NCBI GenBank assembly: GCA_037441285.1
Contig: JBBISL010000003.1
Coordinates: 32,001 to 96,000, forward strand
Source: a candidate division WOR-3 bacterium
GTDB taxonomy: Bacteria > Hydrothermota > Tepidihabitantia > Tepidihabitantales > Tepidihabitantaceae
Direction of reading: 5' to 3'
Length of the DNA stretch: 64,000 bases
Shown: positions 30,759 through 40,293 of the stretch, piece by piece
How the letters are laid out: the number at the start of each line of letters is the position of its first letter
How positions within the stretch are numbered: the first letter of the stretch is position 1
The notes under the pieces: model-generated
Told to the model about the DNA's origin: nothing
Database searches by the model: none
Seen by the model: the letters and a program-made list of their open reading frames with translations, nothing else
Position numbers and translations under genes: made by a program

Positions 30759-31109
30759 GGGGGCGAATGGTCTCGACGGAGTGACTGAGGGGTTCAGGGG
30801 CATAGCGAGGTTCCTCTGTTGCCTCGTTAATACTAACAGAGGAACGACAGCTGCCAACAGCAGCTACGCACTGGCTGCCTAAAGCGGGTAGCCCCTTGCC
30901 CGACGAGTTTCACCCGGCGTCGGTGCAGGGTCGATAAGGGTGATTAAGGTCTTCGCGGTGCCTCAGCGTGATGACCGGATTACAACTGAGGCTGGTTGAC
31001 CGTTGCCTGTCAATCGGCGAGACGGTCGATGAGAAAAAGTAGATTGACTAACTATGTAGAACCTGAACTCTGAACGCTTCGGACGCGGGTTCGATTCCCG
31101 CCGCCTCCA
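30759..31109 (+). ncRNA. ssrA: tmRNA; tag peptide (A)ANSSYALAA
   Basis: 5' GGGGGCGAA..GG..TCGAC; tag frame 30853-30882; 3' GACGCGGGTTCGATTCCCGCCGCCTCCA with T-arm and Ala G:U acceptor stem. Confidence 0.96.
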
Positions 31110-31136
31110 TTATAAACTGATTCGAACGAGCAAATA

Positions 31137-32883
31137 ATGGCAGAATCACATCAAACTAAAGGTCGAGGATATAGCCGCAAGCTTGCCGAGGAATTCTGTG
31201 CCCTTTCGCGCCGGATTCTTCGCGAGGCAAATATGGGTGTTCCCCGAAGTGAGTTCACCCGATTAGTGTTGAAGGAGTTTATGGATTTTTCGGGATGTGA
31301 CCAGGTAGAGTTACGGGTTAATGAGGGGATAAGATATTACCGGGGACTGCTCAGCAAATGAACGGAGACCGATTTTAATTTTACTATTCAGACCCGAGAC
31401 AAACCTGAGTCGAGTGAATTGTTCCGGGGTGTTGAGGAAGAGGCAGGTGATTTGCTTGAGTTCTACCGGGAACTTGTAAGAGGACAGTTTGATACCTCAC
31501 AACCCTGCTTTACAAGCAACGGTGCCTTCTGGGTTAATGATACGGCAGTGCCGGTGACAATAAAAAAGATAGGTTTTTGTTATTGGTGGTGAGTTTCGTT
31601 CACTGGCGATTCTGTCATTTTCAGTAGCAGAAAACAGTCATGGGTTAGTTTTTCTGAAAAGTCGACAACCGAATTTTTTCCTAAATTACGAGGTTGAATT
31701 TTATCAGGGGGTAGCGCAAACCTTAGGGGTGGCGATTGCGGACCGGCAGGCACAAGCGGCCTTAAGAGAACGGGTAAAGGAGCTAACCTGTCTCTATTCT
31801 GTGGACAAAATTCTGGGCCGAGAAAAGATTGAGCCGGCAGTAGCGTTGAAGTCCGTTGCCGAGATACTACCGGCAGCCTGGCTTTATTCGGATATCGCTT
31901 CGGCGCGGATTGTTTTCGATGGCATTGAGTATGTTAACAAAGATTATCGTAGTGGTGTTGCGTGGCAGAGCGCCGATATTCTGGTGCGAGGTCAAAAACG
32001 AGGGGTTGTGGAGGTAAATTATTACGAAGAGCGACCGGCGCTCGATGAAGGACCATTTCTCAAAGAGGAAAGAAGTTTAATCGAGGCAATCGCCCGAGAG
32101 CTTGGGATTTTTATTGAACGCTGGGAAGCGAAGCAGGAGAAATCACGGCTTGAATTACAGCTGCGGCATGCAGACCGGCTTGCCACCATTGGGCAACTGG
32201 CAGCGGGCGTCGCCCACGAATTGAATGAACCCCTGGCAAACATCCTGGGTTTTGCACAGCTTGCTTTGAAGGTGCCGGGGCTTTCCGAACAGGCACAAAA
32301 AGATATTGAGCGAATTGTCCGAGCCGCATTGCACGCACGAGAAGTTGTTGGTAAACTGATGCTATTTGCTCGTCAGAAACCACCCAATCGGACCCGGGTG
32401 AACTTAAACGAACTGGTAACCGATGGCCTTTATTTCCTGCTCAGCCGGTGTGCCAAGGCGGGCATAGAAGTTGTGAAGGAGTTAAGCCCAAATTTGCCCG
32501 AGATACTTGCGGACCCTTCCCAGTTGCACCAGGTGCTGGTAAATCTTGTGGTCAACGCAATCCAGGCAATGCCCGGTGGTGGCAAACTGACGATAGCCAC
32601 CGCATCAAAAGACAGGAGTGTTGTTCTAAGTGTTGAAGATACCGGTATTGGTATGACCGAAGATGTAAAGAGACAGATTTTTGTGCCCTTCTTTACCACA
32701 AAACCACCTGGTGAAGGTACCGGGCTGGGGCTATCGGTTGCTCATGGAATTGTTACCGCTCATGGTGGTGAAATTATTGTAAAAAGCGAACCTGGAAAAG
32801 GGAGCCGGTTTGATGTCGTCTTACCAATTGGTGGAGGGGCGCTCAACGAAAGCGAGGTTATTGATGAGTCAGGACAAAACTGA
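31137..32883 (+). pseudogene. GAF-like domain sensor histidine kinase disrupted by an in-frame TGA and a frameshift; kinase core intact from 31729
   Basis: TGA at 31359-31361 with the frame staying open; frame change near 31560-31580; AGVAHELNEPL, NLVVNAIQAM, DTGIGM, PFFTTK, GTGLGLS. Confidence 0.75.
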
Positions 32884-34198
32884 GGCAACCCTATTAGTAG
32901 TTGATGATGTTCAGGATACGCTTGAGGTTCTGGAACGCAATTTAACGGCTGCGGGCTATAGAGTTTATACCGCTCTTAATGTTTCTGATGCTTTGAAGGT
33001 GCTGGAGGTTCATCCCGTAGACCTCGTGATAACAGACCTGAAGATGCCCGGAGCCAGTGGGCTTGACCTGGTAAGATTCGTCAGGGAGAATTTTCGGGAT
33101 ACCGAGGTAATAGTAATCACCGGATATGCAACAGTGGAAAGTGCGGTCCAGGCGGTTAAAACCGGAGCCGAGGAGTATCTTGTTAAGCCGTTCACCGACG
33201 AGGAGTTGCTTAAAGCGGTGGGGCAGGTGCTGGAGAAATTAAGACTGCGCCGTAGCAGTCGAGTCGAGACGAAGTCGATACAGCGTTTCTATCCTGGTTT
33301 AATCGGCGAATCTCGAGTTATGAAGCGCGTTTTTGCCACAATCGAACGGGCGGCAAAGGTTTCTGCAACCGTGTTGATAACCGGTGAAAGCGGCACGGGC
33401 AAGGAACTTGTTGCCCGGGCGATTCATTACTCAAGCAAACGGTCGTCGGCGCCATTTGTGCCTGTTAACTGTGGCGGCATTCCGGAAGGGTTATTGGAAA
33501 GTGAGTTGTTCGGTTATGTAAAAGGGGCGTTTACCGGCGCCAATGAGACTCGGGCTGGCTTCTTCCAGACCGCGGAAGGCGGGTCAATTTTTCTCGACGA
33601 AATCAGTGAGACCAGCCTTTCGATGCAGGTGAAACTTCTCCGGGTTCTGCAGGATAAAGAGGTGCGGATGGTTGGTGATACTAAAGCATACAAGGTGGAT
33701 GTGAGAATAATGGCGGCGACCATTAAGGATTTGTTGAATCTGGTTCAGAAAGGGGCGTTTCGTGAGGACCTGTTTTTCCGGTTGAATGTGCTGACAATAA
33801 TGGTGCCACCGTTGCGGGAACGGGAAGACGACATTTTACTTCTTGCCAACCACTTTTTAGAAAAGTTTGCCCGGGAAATGGGACGAACCGTACCGAGATT
33901 TTCAGACGAGGCGCTCCAGATTTTGAGAAGGTATGAATGGCCCGGGAATGTTCGAGAACTGGAAAATTTGATTCAGCGCCTGCTGGTTATGTGTGATTCG
34001 GACACGATTGATGTCCCTGATTTGCCTGCGCATATGCGTTTTTCATTAACAAGCGAGGTGAAGTTGAACCGAACGCTTGAAGAGGTGGAAAGGGATTATA
34101 TTAAGCAGGTCCTATTAAGCGTCAATGGTAATATAACCAAAGCCGCGCAAATTCTTGGAATAGACCGAAAAATCCTGAGGAATAAAATAAAAGAATAG
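32864..34198 (+). CDS. Sigma54-dependent response regulator (NtrC/AtoC family)
   Basis: Receiver VVDD...TDLKMP; GESGTGKE, GAFTGA, FLDEI, WPGNVRELEN, Fis-type HTH. Confidence 0.93.
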   Translation: MSQDKTEATLLVVDDVQDTLEVLERNLTAAGYRVYTALNVSDALKVLEVHPVDLVITDLKMPGASGLDLVRFVRENFRDTEVIVITGYATVESAVQAVKTGAEEYLVKPFTDEELLKAVGQVLEKLRLRRSSRVETKSIQRFYPGLIGESRVMKRVFATIERAAKVSATVLITGESGTGKELVARAIHYSSKRSSAPFVPVNCGGIPEGLLESELFGYVKGAFTGANETRAGFFQTAEGGSIFLDEISETSLSMQVKLLRVLQDKEVRMVGDTKAYKVDVRIMAATIKDLLNLVQKGAFREDLFFRLNVLTIMVPPLREREDDILLLANHFLEKFAREMGRTVPRFSDEALQILRRYEWPGNVRELENLIQRLLVMCDSDTIDVPDLPAHMRFSLTSEVKLNRTLEEVERDYIKQVLLSVNGNITKAAQILGIDRKILRNKIKE

Positions 34199-34229
34199 GG
34201 AAATTTTCCCCGCCGGGTATTTTTACCCC
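34197..34229 (+). promoter_or_regulatory. Putative tandem enhancer (UAS) palindromes
   Basis: AGGGAAATTTTCCCC and GGGTATTTTTACCCC, about 120-150 bp upstream of the sigma54 promoter. Confidence 0.6.
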
Positions 34230-34348
34230 GATTTCGGCACTCATTGATACCAATGGGTGAGGTTTCAATTCAAAGTTTCGGACATTTAACACACACTGTT
34301 TCAAATAGTCAACAAAAGAACCAAATAAACGAAGGGATAGGTGCGCAA

Positions 34349-34363
34349 TGGTACAGGAGATGC
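34349..34363 (+). promoter_or_regulatory. Sigma54 (-24/-12) promoter
   Basis: TGGTAC-AGGAG-ATGC with canonical GG-N10-GC spacing, downstream of a sigma54 activator gene. Confidence 0.7.
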
Positions 34364-34448
34364 TATGTATTGTTTTAGGGGAATAAGGGAGAGAAATGGA
34401 TAGGGTGGTAATTGTAGTAAAAAATCGAAAACCTTAAGGAGGTAGAAT

Positions 34449-34799
34449 ATGGCAGTTATAACTAAAACAAAGAGAACATCGGAAAGGAAAGCAAAACAAA
34501 GAAAACAGGCGACAGTAAAGGAAAAGGAAGCTGTTGTCAGCGGGTTGTGTCTAACCTGCAATCATAAAAAAACCTGTGCTTTCCGGTATAATCAAACGCA
34601 GCCGGTAGTTTTTTGTGAAGAGTTTGAGTCTTTTGTTCCGACGGTTGAGGAGGAGGTGGTTTCAGAGCCGGTACCGACGCCGGAGGATATGCGGGAGTGG
34701 GATGAGTACAAAGGGCTCTGCGCCAACTGCGAGAATCGGAAAGAGTGTGCAATTCGTAACAGCGAGATTGGTGTCTGGCACTGTGAAGAGTATCAGTAA
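34449..34799 (+). CDS. Small protein with a duplicated four-cysteine motif
   Basis: GLCLTCNHKKTC...FCEEF and GLCANCENRKEC...HCEEY; SD AAGGAGGT. Confidence 0.8.
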   Translation: MAVITKTKRTSERKAKQRKQATVKEKEAVVSGLCLTCNHKKTCAFRYNQTQPVVFCEEFESFVPTVEEEVVSEPVPTPEDMREWDEYKGLCANCENRKECAIRNSEIGVWHCEEYQ

Positions 34800-34827
34800 C
34801 TTTGAAAAGTTAACAGGAGGATAAAAA

Positions 34828-36147
34828 ATGAAGACGATTTCAACAGTCCGCAGGAAACGAACGATGCTGCCAAAATCGGTCGGAAACCAAAAACGGCGGA
34901 GTGTATATGAGGATGTAGTTACTCAGTTCAATCGCGCCGCCGACATAATGAATCTGGACCCCGGGGTGCGTAAAATTCTCGGGACGACGATGAACGAAAT
35001 CGTGGTTCACTTCCCGGTCAAGATGGATGATGGTCGGATTGAGGTGTTTACCGGTTACCGGGTTCAACATAACAACGCCCTTGGTCCATTCAAGGGTGGA
35101 TTGCGATTTCACCCGGCAGTGGATATCGATGAGGTTCGAGCACTGGCGACCTGGATGACCTGGAAGTCGGCAATTGTAAACATTCCGTTCGGTGGTGCCA
35201 AGGGTGGCATTCAACTGGACCCGTCTCAGTACTCTTTCTCGGAGCTGGAACGGATAACGAGGCGCTTCGCATTTGCTCTGGGGAATACAATCGGGCCGGA
35301 GTATGATATACCGGCACCGGATGTCAATACCAATCCGCAAATCATGGCATGGATTCTGGATACCTACCAGTCGATGATGCCAGCGTATGAGCGTCAGCGG
35401 TGTCTGCATGTTGTGACCGGGAAACCGATTGAATCAGGCGGCAGTGTCGGACGGGATAAGGCGACCGGTCAGGGGGTAGTTTTTCTTATCCGGGAGTGGG
35501 CAAAAGACCACAATTTTGACCTAAACGGTGCGACATATATTGTTCAGGGGTTTGGCAATGTGGGTTCCTGGGCGGCACGGCTGATGAAACCCCTCGGCTC
35601 GAAGTTGCTGGCGGTGGAAGATGTGACCGGTGCAATTGCCAATCCCGATGGAATTGACCCGGTTGATTTGAATGCCTATGTTCAGCAACATGGTGGGGTT
35701 AAGGGATATCCCAAAGCGATGTCAATTAGCCACAGCGAGTTCCTCGGTACAAAGGCAGATATATTCATTCCCGCGGCTCTCGAAAACCAGATTACGGAAG
35801 AAACAGCGCCGATGCTCAATGTGAGACTGGTTGCTGAAGGGGCAAATGGTCCAACCAATCCTGAGGGTGATGCGATACTGGCGAAACGCGGTATTGATGT
35901 GCTACCGGACATTCTCTGTAATTCGGGCGGCGTGATTGTTTCCTATTTTGAATGGTTGCAGAACAAGCGCAGCGAGTACTGGGAGTTGCAAGAAGTTGAT
36001 TGCAAACTTTACAAGAAGATAGTTCCAGCGTATCATCGGGTAAAAGAGGCAGCAATGAAGTTCGGAGTGGACTGGCGTACCGCAGCGTACATTGTTGCCC
36101 TAACTCGCTTGGAGAAGGTCTATAAGGAACGCGGGATTTTCCCATAA
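34828..36147 (+). CDS. Glu/Leu/Phe/Val dehydrogenase (probable catabolic glutamate dehydrogenase)
   Basis: [57 protein letters not shown]. Confidence 0.92.
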   Translation: MKTISTVRRKRTMLPKSVGNQKRRSVYEDVVTQFNRAADIMNLDPGVRKILGTTMNEIVVHFPVKMDDGRIEVFTGYRVQHNNALGPFKGGLRFHPAVDIDEVRALATWMTWKSAIVNIPFGGAKGGIQLDPSQYSFSELERITRRFAFALGNTIGPEYDIPAPDVNTNPQIMAWILDTYQSMMPAYERQRCLHVVTGKPIESGGSVGRDKATGQGVVFLIREWAKDHNFDLNGATYIVQGFGNVGSWAARLMKPLGSKLLAVEDVTGAIANPDGIDPVDLNAYVQQHGGVKGYPKAMSISHSEFLGTKADIFIPAALENQITEETAPMLNVRLVAEGANGPTNPEGDAILAKRGIDVLPDILCNSGGVIVSYFEWLQNKRSEYWELQEVDCKLYKKIVPAYHRVKEAAMKFGVDWRTAAYIVALTRLEKVYKERGIFP

Positions 36148-36162
36148 ATTAGCGACCGGGGT

Positions 36163-36199
36163 AAAGCCACGCCCGAAGTAACGGGGCGTGGCTTTTTTT
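36163..36199 (+). terminator. Rho-independent terminator
   Basis: AAAGCCACGCCC...GGGCGTGGCTTT followed by a T run. Confidence 0.88.
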
Positions 36200-36246
36200 A
36201 TCCGGGTCAGGGTTGACTTTGGTTCTAAGAATAGTAGAAGGTTTTA

Positions 36247-36777
36247 GTGGTGTGGCACAGATTGCTGATTGCGGCGGGCATAACAGTGCTGGTTGGATGT
36301 TCAGTTCTTTACACCGGTTCGCCGCGTTATGGTCGAGGGCGTCGGGAACGAAAGGAAAAAACACAGCCGGCGCAAATAGCACAGAAACATCCGCTCGAGG
36401 AGAGAAAAGGAAAACTACCCTGGCCGGTTTCCGGTGTTGTTGTCGGGCAATTTGGGGTTCAGGTTGAACCGAAGTACGGCACAAAGACAAAAAATTCCGG
36501 GATTGATATCAGTTGTAAGAGTAACAGTACGGTGCGGGCGGTTGGGAAGGGCAGGGTGAGTTATGCCGATTTTTTTATGGGGCAGGGGTTGATGGTGATT
36601 GTGGAACATGGCGGCGCGTATCATTCGATTTATTCCCGGCTGATTGAGTTGAAGGTCCGTAGCGGTGACGAAGTTGTTCCCGGTGATACAATCGGAGTGA
36701 GCGGTGATGTTTTGCACTTTGAGCTGCGGATTGGAGGTAAGGCGGTGGACCCGCTGCAATGGTTAGAGAAAAAATAG
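36247..36777 (+). CDS. M23/EnvC-like domain lipoprotein
   Basis: LVGC lipobox; KGKLPWPVSG, NSGIDI, LHFELR, VDPLQWL. Confidence 0.82.
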   Translation: MVWHRLLIAAGITVLVGCSVLYTGSPRYGRGRRERKEKTQPAQIAQKHPLEERKGKLPWPVSGVVVGQFGVQVEPKYGTKTKNSGIDISCKSNSTVRAVGKGRVSYADFFMGQGLMVIVEHGGAYHSIYSRLIELKVRSGDEVVPGDTIGVSGDVLHFELRIGGKAVDPLQWLEKK

Positions 36778-36819
36778 TGTTGACATCTAATTGGGATACG
36801 GTGTAAGATAAGGTGGTTT

Positions 36820-37824
36820 ATGAACACTAACCAGGCAACCGAAAATGTTGTTAGAGTAAAATTGATGCCGCCCTGGTCCTGGGTCAGTTATGTCGGCGCA
36901 GTAACCAGTGTTTTGCGGACACGGGGGGTGAAGTGCGATTTTACCGATGTTGCCGGGATGAGCGGCTACGCATTTGTCGTTAATATCGACCCGGAAATTT
37001 TGCCAACCGGTCCGGTTGCCTTTGACTGGGAGGTGCTGGTGGAAGGGACTCAGGCGCTGGGAGTTGAGACTGAGTTGGTGGCGGTGGAACGAGGCGCAGA
37101 TGAGTCCGAGTTAGAAGTTGAACTTTTTGAACGGGTGCGGGCTGAGATTGACGCCGGAAGATGTTGCATCGTCTGGGGAGCAGGAGAAGCGCCCGCGTTC
37201 GGTATCGTGTACGGCTATCGGGGCGACTCTTATTTAGTACGGTCATCAAGGAGCAGTCGGGGCCGGGAAGAGGAAAAACTTTTAGGACCGGATGAGGAAC
37301 CAGAACCGCCCATTCGGTTTGACAATCTCAAGGCACCGTGGCGGCTGGCAGCGTTGTTTTTTGGCGAACGGATTAAAACCGATACCGAGTTTCAGGAACG
37401 CCAGGCGATAAGCCGGGGCGTAAAGCTGCTGCGGGGTCAGCATGCCTGTTTTGATACCAATTACTATTATGGGGCGAGTGCGTTTCGGAGCTGGGCGGAT
37501 ATTCTAAAAAGAGGCCGAGCCGACCCGGTAGGTAATGCATTTAATCTGATGTGTTACTGGGAACTTCAGATGTTTGCGGCCGGTTTTTGTCAGCGGCTGG
37601 TTAAAAAGTGGAAGAGTGCGGCCGGGGCGCTAAAAGAGGCGGCAACCTTTTTTCAGGGCTCGTTAAAAAATCTTGAAATGTTGAAAAGCCAGTTGCCATC
37701 TCGGATTGAAACCGGGCTTGAAGAGTGGGTATCCGCCAGCAACGCAATCACTCTTCTCCGGGAGTGCGCTACGCTGAATGAAAACGCCGCATCGGCTTTA
37801 GAGCGGGCACTTGGTTTGATGTAA
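36820..37824 (+). CDS. Hypothetical protein
   Basis: 334-aa ORF with its own promoter-like sequence; no confident family. Confidence 0.7.
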   Translation: MNTNQATENVVRVKLMPPWSWVSYVGAVTSVLRTRGVKCDFTDVAGMSGYAFVVNIDPEILPTGPVAFDWEVLVEGTQALGVETELVAVERGADESELEVELFERVRAEIDAGRCCIVWGAGEAPAFGIVYGYRGDSYLVRSSRSSRGREEEKLLGPDEEPEPPIRFDNLKAPWRLAALFFGERIKTDTEFQERQAISRGVKLLRGQHACFDTNYYYGASAFRSWADILKRGRADPVGNAFNLMCYWELQMFAAGFCQRLVKKWKSAAGALKEAATFFQGSLKNLEMLKSQLPSRIETGLEEWVSASNAITLLRECATLNENAASALERALGLM

Positions 37825-37867
37825 AGTGGTTAAAAGATGATGCCCGGCAGGTGGGGTTCGAATTGAA

Positions 37868-38731
37868 TCAGGACTTACTTGCGACCAGATAGATACCGGT
37901 GCCGATGAGTAGGCCGCCGGCAAGTTCCAGTGGCGTGGGTGGTAGGTGTAAAAGAAGGGCAGAAAGGATGGTAGTGCCGATTGGTTCGCCAAGAATGGAT
38001 ATTGCAACCACCGGCGCGGGAAGGTACTTCAGCGCCCAGTTAAAACTGGTGTGACCGAGAATTTGAGGTCCCAGGGCGAGGAGGAGGACAAGTAGATAGG
38101 TTTTCATCGGGTAGCCCAGAAGCGGAGTTCGGCTGACAAGGGCGAAGAGAAGAAGAAGCAGCGCGGCGATGGTGTAAACCGGATAGATGTAATTGAGCAG
38201 GGACAGTCCACGCCGGAGTTTTCTCCCTAAAATTACATAACAGGCGGCACACAACGCGCCGCCCAGCGAGAGGAAATTACCCGTGGTGAGGTTGGTCGAT
38301 TTCAAAGTCGGTCCGGCAATAAGTATGGCGCCAAGAAGCGCGATAAGGATGGCAAACCAGCCCCGTAAGGTCAGATGTTCTTTAAGAAATACCGGGGCAA
38401 TAAGGGCGACAAAAATCGGGTTCATCGCCACCAGAACGACTGAGCTGACCACCGTGGTGTGTTTGAGCGATTCAATCCAGAGGATAAAGTGGCCCGCAAG
38501 AAAGAAGCCAGCAAGAAGCGCCCAGCGCCAGCGTGCCGGGGTGAGTTCATTGCGATAGGTGCGAAGGTTTTTGATGAAGAAGGGTGTGAGAATGATGCTG
38601 GTGAACAGCATCCGACCGGCGGCAATCATCGGGCTGGGAGCGAGTGTAACACGAATGATTATTGAGGCAAAAGAGGCGACCCCGATACCGAAAAGCAGGA
38701 CCAGGAAGATGCGGGCACGAGATACAGGCAT
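37868..38731 (-). CDS. DMT/EamA family transporter
   Basis: About 10 TM; HFILWIESLKHTTV, GPQILGHTSFNWALKY, LGEPIG. Confidence 0.9.
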   Translation of the reverse strand: MPVSRARIFLVLLFGIGVASFASIIIRVTLAPSPMIAAGRMLFTSIILTPFFIKNLRTYRNELTPARWRWALLAGFFLAGHFILWIESLKHTTVVSSVVLVAMNPIFVALIAPVFLKEHLTLRGWFAILIALLGAILIAGPTLKSTNLTTGNFLSLGGALCAACYVILGRKLRRGLSLLNYIYPVYTIAALLLLLFALVSRTPLLGYPMKTYLLVLLLALGPQILGHTSFNWALKYLPAPVVAISILGEPIGTTILSALLLHLPPTPLELAGGLLIGTGIYLVASKS

Positions 38732-38965
38732 TGAAGTAGTTTTGCCTTAATTTTTTATTTGTCAATAATATGTTCCAAACCGAATAGGTTAAGATAATTA
38801 GCCGCTTTTTCTGAGATTAACCTATCAAATCGCCCAGTTCTATTGGAAATTGCCCTTTTCCCAGCAGTTTTTAGTTCTGCATATCGTTATACAATTAGAG
38901 CCCAACGCCGGGGCTGATTAACGCTTCTCATAATTCCTTGAAAAACTGGAGGATAGGAATTGGGG

Positions 38966-38998
38966 TACTATCCCCGTAACGACCCAGGGGGTCGTCTC
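38966..38998. repeat. Copy of a degenerate dispersed intergenic motif
   Basis: Reverse complement matches 56190-56222 at 25 of 33 positions (manual alignment). Confidence 0.55.
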
Positions 38999-39342
38999 CT
39001 ACACCGTACTCCCTTTGCCTCTAACTTTTACACTCTTCTTGCATTTTCAATCACTTTTAATATCTATTTTATTTTGAGGGGCGGTTTGTCTTTCACAGTG
39101 AAGAGGTGCCCAGACCATGGATATAGAGGTATTTTAAGTTTCAGATTGTGGTGCCGGTATCCGCGTTCCGATGGTATAATGAGTCAATATTACCAACAAG
39201 ACGGGGTTATAATCTTCCGGGCTTCTGTGATTATGCTTCGCCTTTGAACCCGGGAAGCAGAGGTTGAACCTACTTATACATAGGGCGGTAGATTTTAAGA
39301 GGGTTATGTTGCAATTCAGAGCCGGTTTTATATATTTTATTG

Positions 39343-40293
39343 GTGCAAGCCCTAACCCTGTTTTTTGTGGTTGTCGCCGATTTGGGCTGGCTTGGTCCTT
39401 CGGCAACCGGTTTCACATTTATGAAAATTGGGGTAGGGGCGAGGCCAACCGCATTGGGGCAGGCATTTACCGCAGTTGCGGATGATGTTTATTCCCTTTT
39501 TTACAATCCAGCAGGACCAGCACTGGAGCGAAAGTTTGATGCGGGTTTAACTTTGTGCGAGATGTTGCAGGGTGTTTCTTATGTTTCCGGCGGGGTTACG
39601 GTGCCACTGTTCAAGCGGCTTGGTTTTGGACTGGGTGCTGGGTATTTGAATGCGTTTGATACCCGGCGGAGTGAACTGGGTGAAGAGCTGGGAAAGTTCA
39701 GTTTGAGCGATTTGGTTGTGGGTCCTGGTGTCGCCTGGCAGCCGATAAAAGCGGTTGCATTAGGTGCGGGTGCAAAGTTTGTTTACAGTCGGCTGGACTC
39801 TTTTGCCAGCGGCGCGGTGTCTTTTGACGCCGGAGCACTGTATCGACCATTGCGTTACATCACCCTGGGGGCAAGTTTGCTTCATATTGGAACACGGCGC
39901 CGGTTTATTCAGGATTGGGAGTACCAGCCGGTTAATTTGCGTGCGGGTGCCTGTTTTAAACTCCCGTTCGATAAGAATTACATTCTTGTTGCGGGTGATG
40001 TCTCTGCCTATCCAGATTACGGTCCAACGGTCGGACTGGGTGTTGAAGGGAAACTGGATATGCGTGCACTGGGTTCAAATCAGACCGGCGCGGTATATTT
40101 AAGAGGCGGGTATCAGTCGGGCGGACACCTTGGCACCTGGTCCGGTTTTTCGTTTGGTGTTGGTTATGAAACGGTTTTAGCCGCTAATTTGACAATTTTA
40201 GTGGATGCGGTTTATCTCTCTTATGGAATTTTAGGGGATGCGCAGCGGGTTTCTATCGGTTTGAGGTGGGTGCCGAAGTCGGGGAAATCGTAG
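39343..40293 (+). CDS. PorV/PorQ-family outer membrane protein
   Basis: FMKIGVGARPTALGQAFTAVADDVYSLFYNPAG N-terminal signature. Confidence 0.82.
   Translation: MQALTLFFVVVADLGWLGPSATGFTFMKIGVGARPTALGQAFTAVADDVYSLFYNPAGPALERKFDAGLTLCEMLQGVSYVSGGVTVPLFKRLGFGLGAGYLNAFDTRRSELGEELGKFSLSDLVVGPGVAWQPIKAVALGAGAKFVYSRLDSFASGAVSFDAGALYRPLRYITLGASLLHIGTRRRFIQDWEYQPVNLRAGACFKLPFDKNYILVAGDVSAYPDYGPTVGLGVEGKLDMRALGSNQTGAVYLRGGYQSGGHLGTWSGFSFGVGYETVLAANLTILVDAVYLSYGILGDAQRVSIGLRWVPKSGKS

Noticed and set aside
31359..31361. Selenocysteine or recoded TGA in the sensor kinase
   Set aside because: No redox motif context, a separate frameshift follows, and TGA is used as a normal stop elsewhere in the window
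31110..36200. Genomic island integrated at the tmRNA 3' end
   Set aside because: No integrase, and no duplicated ssrA 3' end was seen downstream; composition is close to the host
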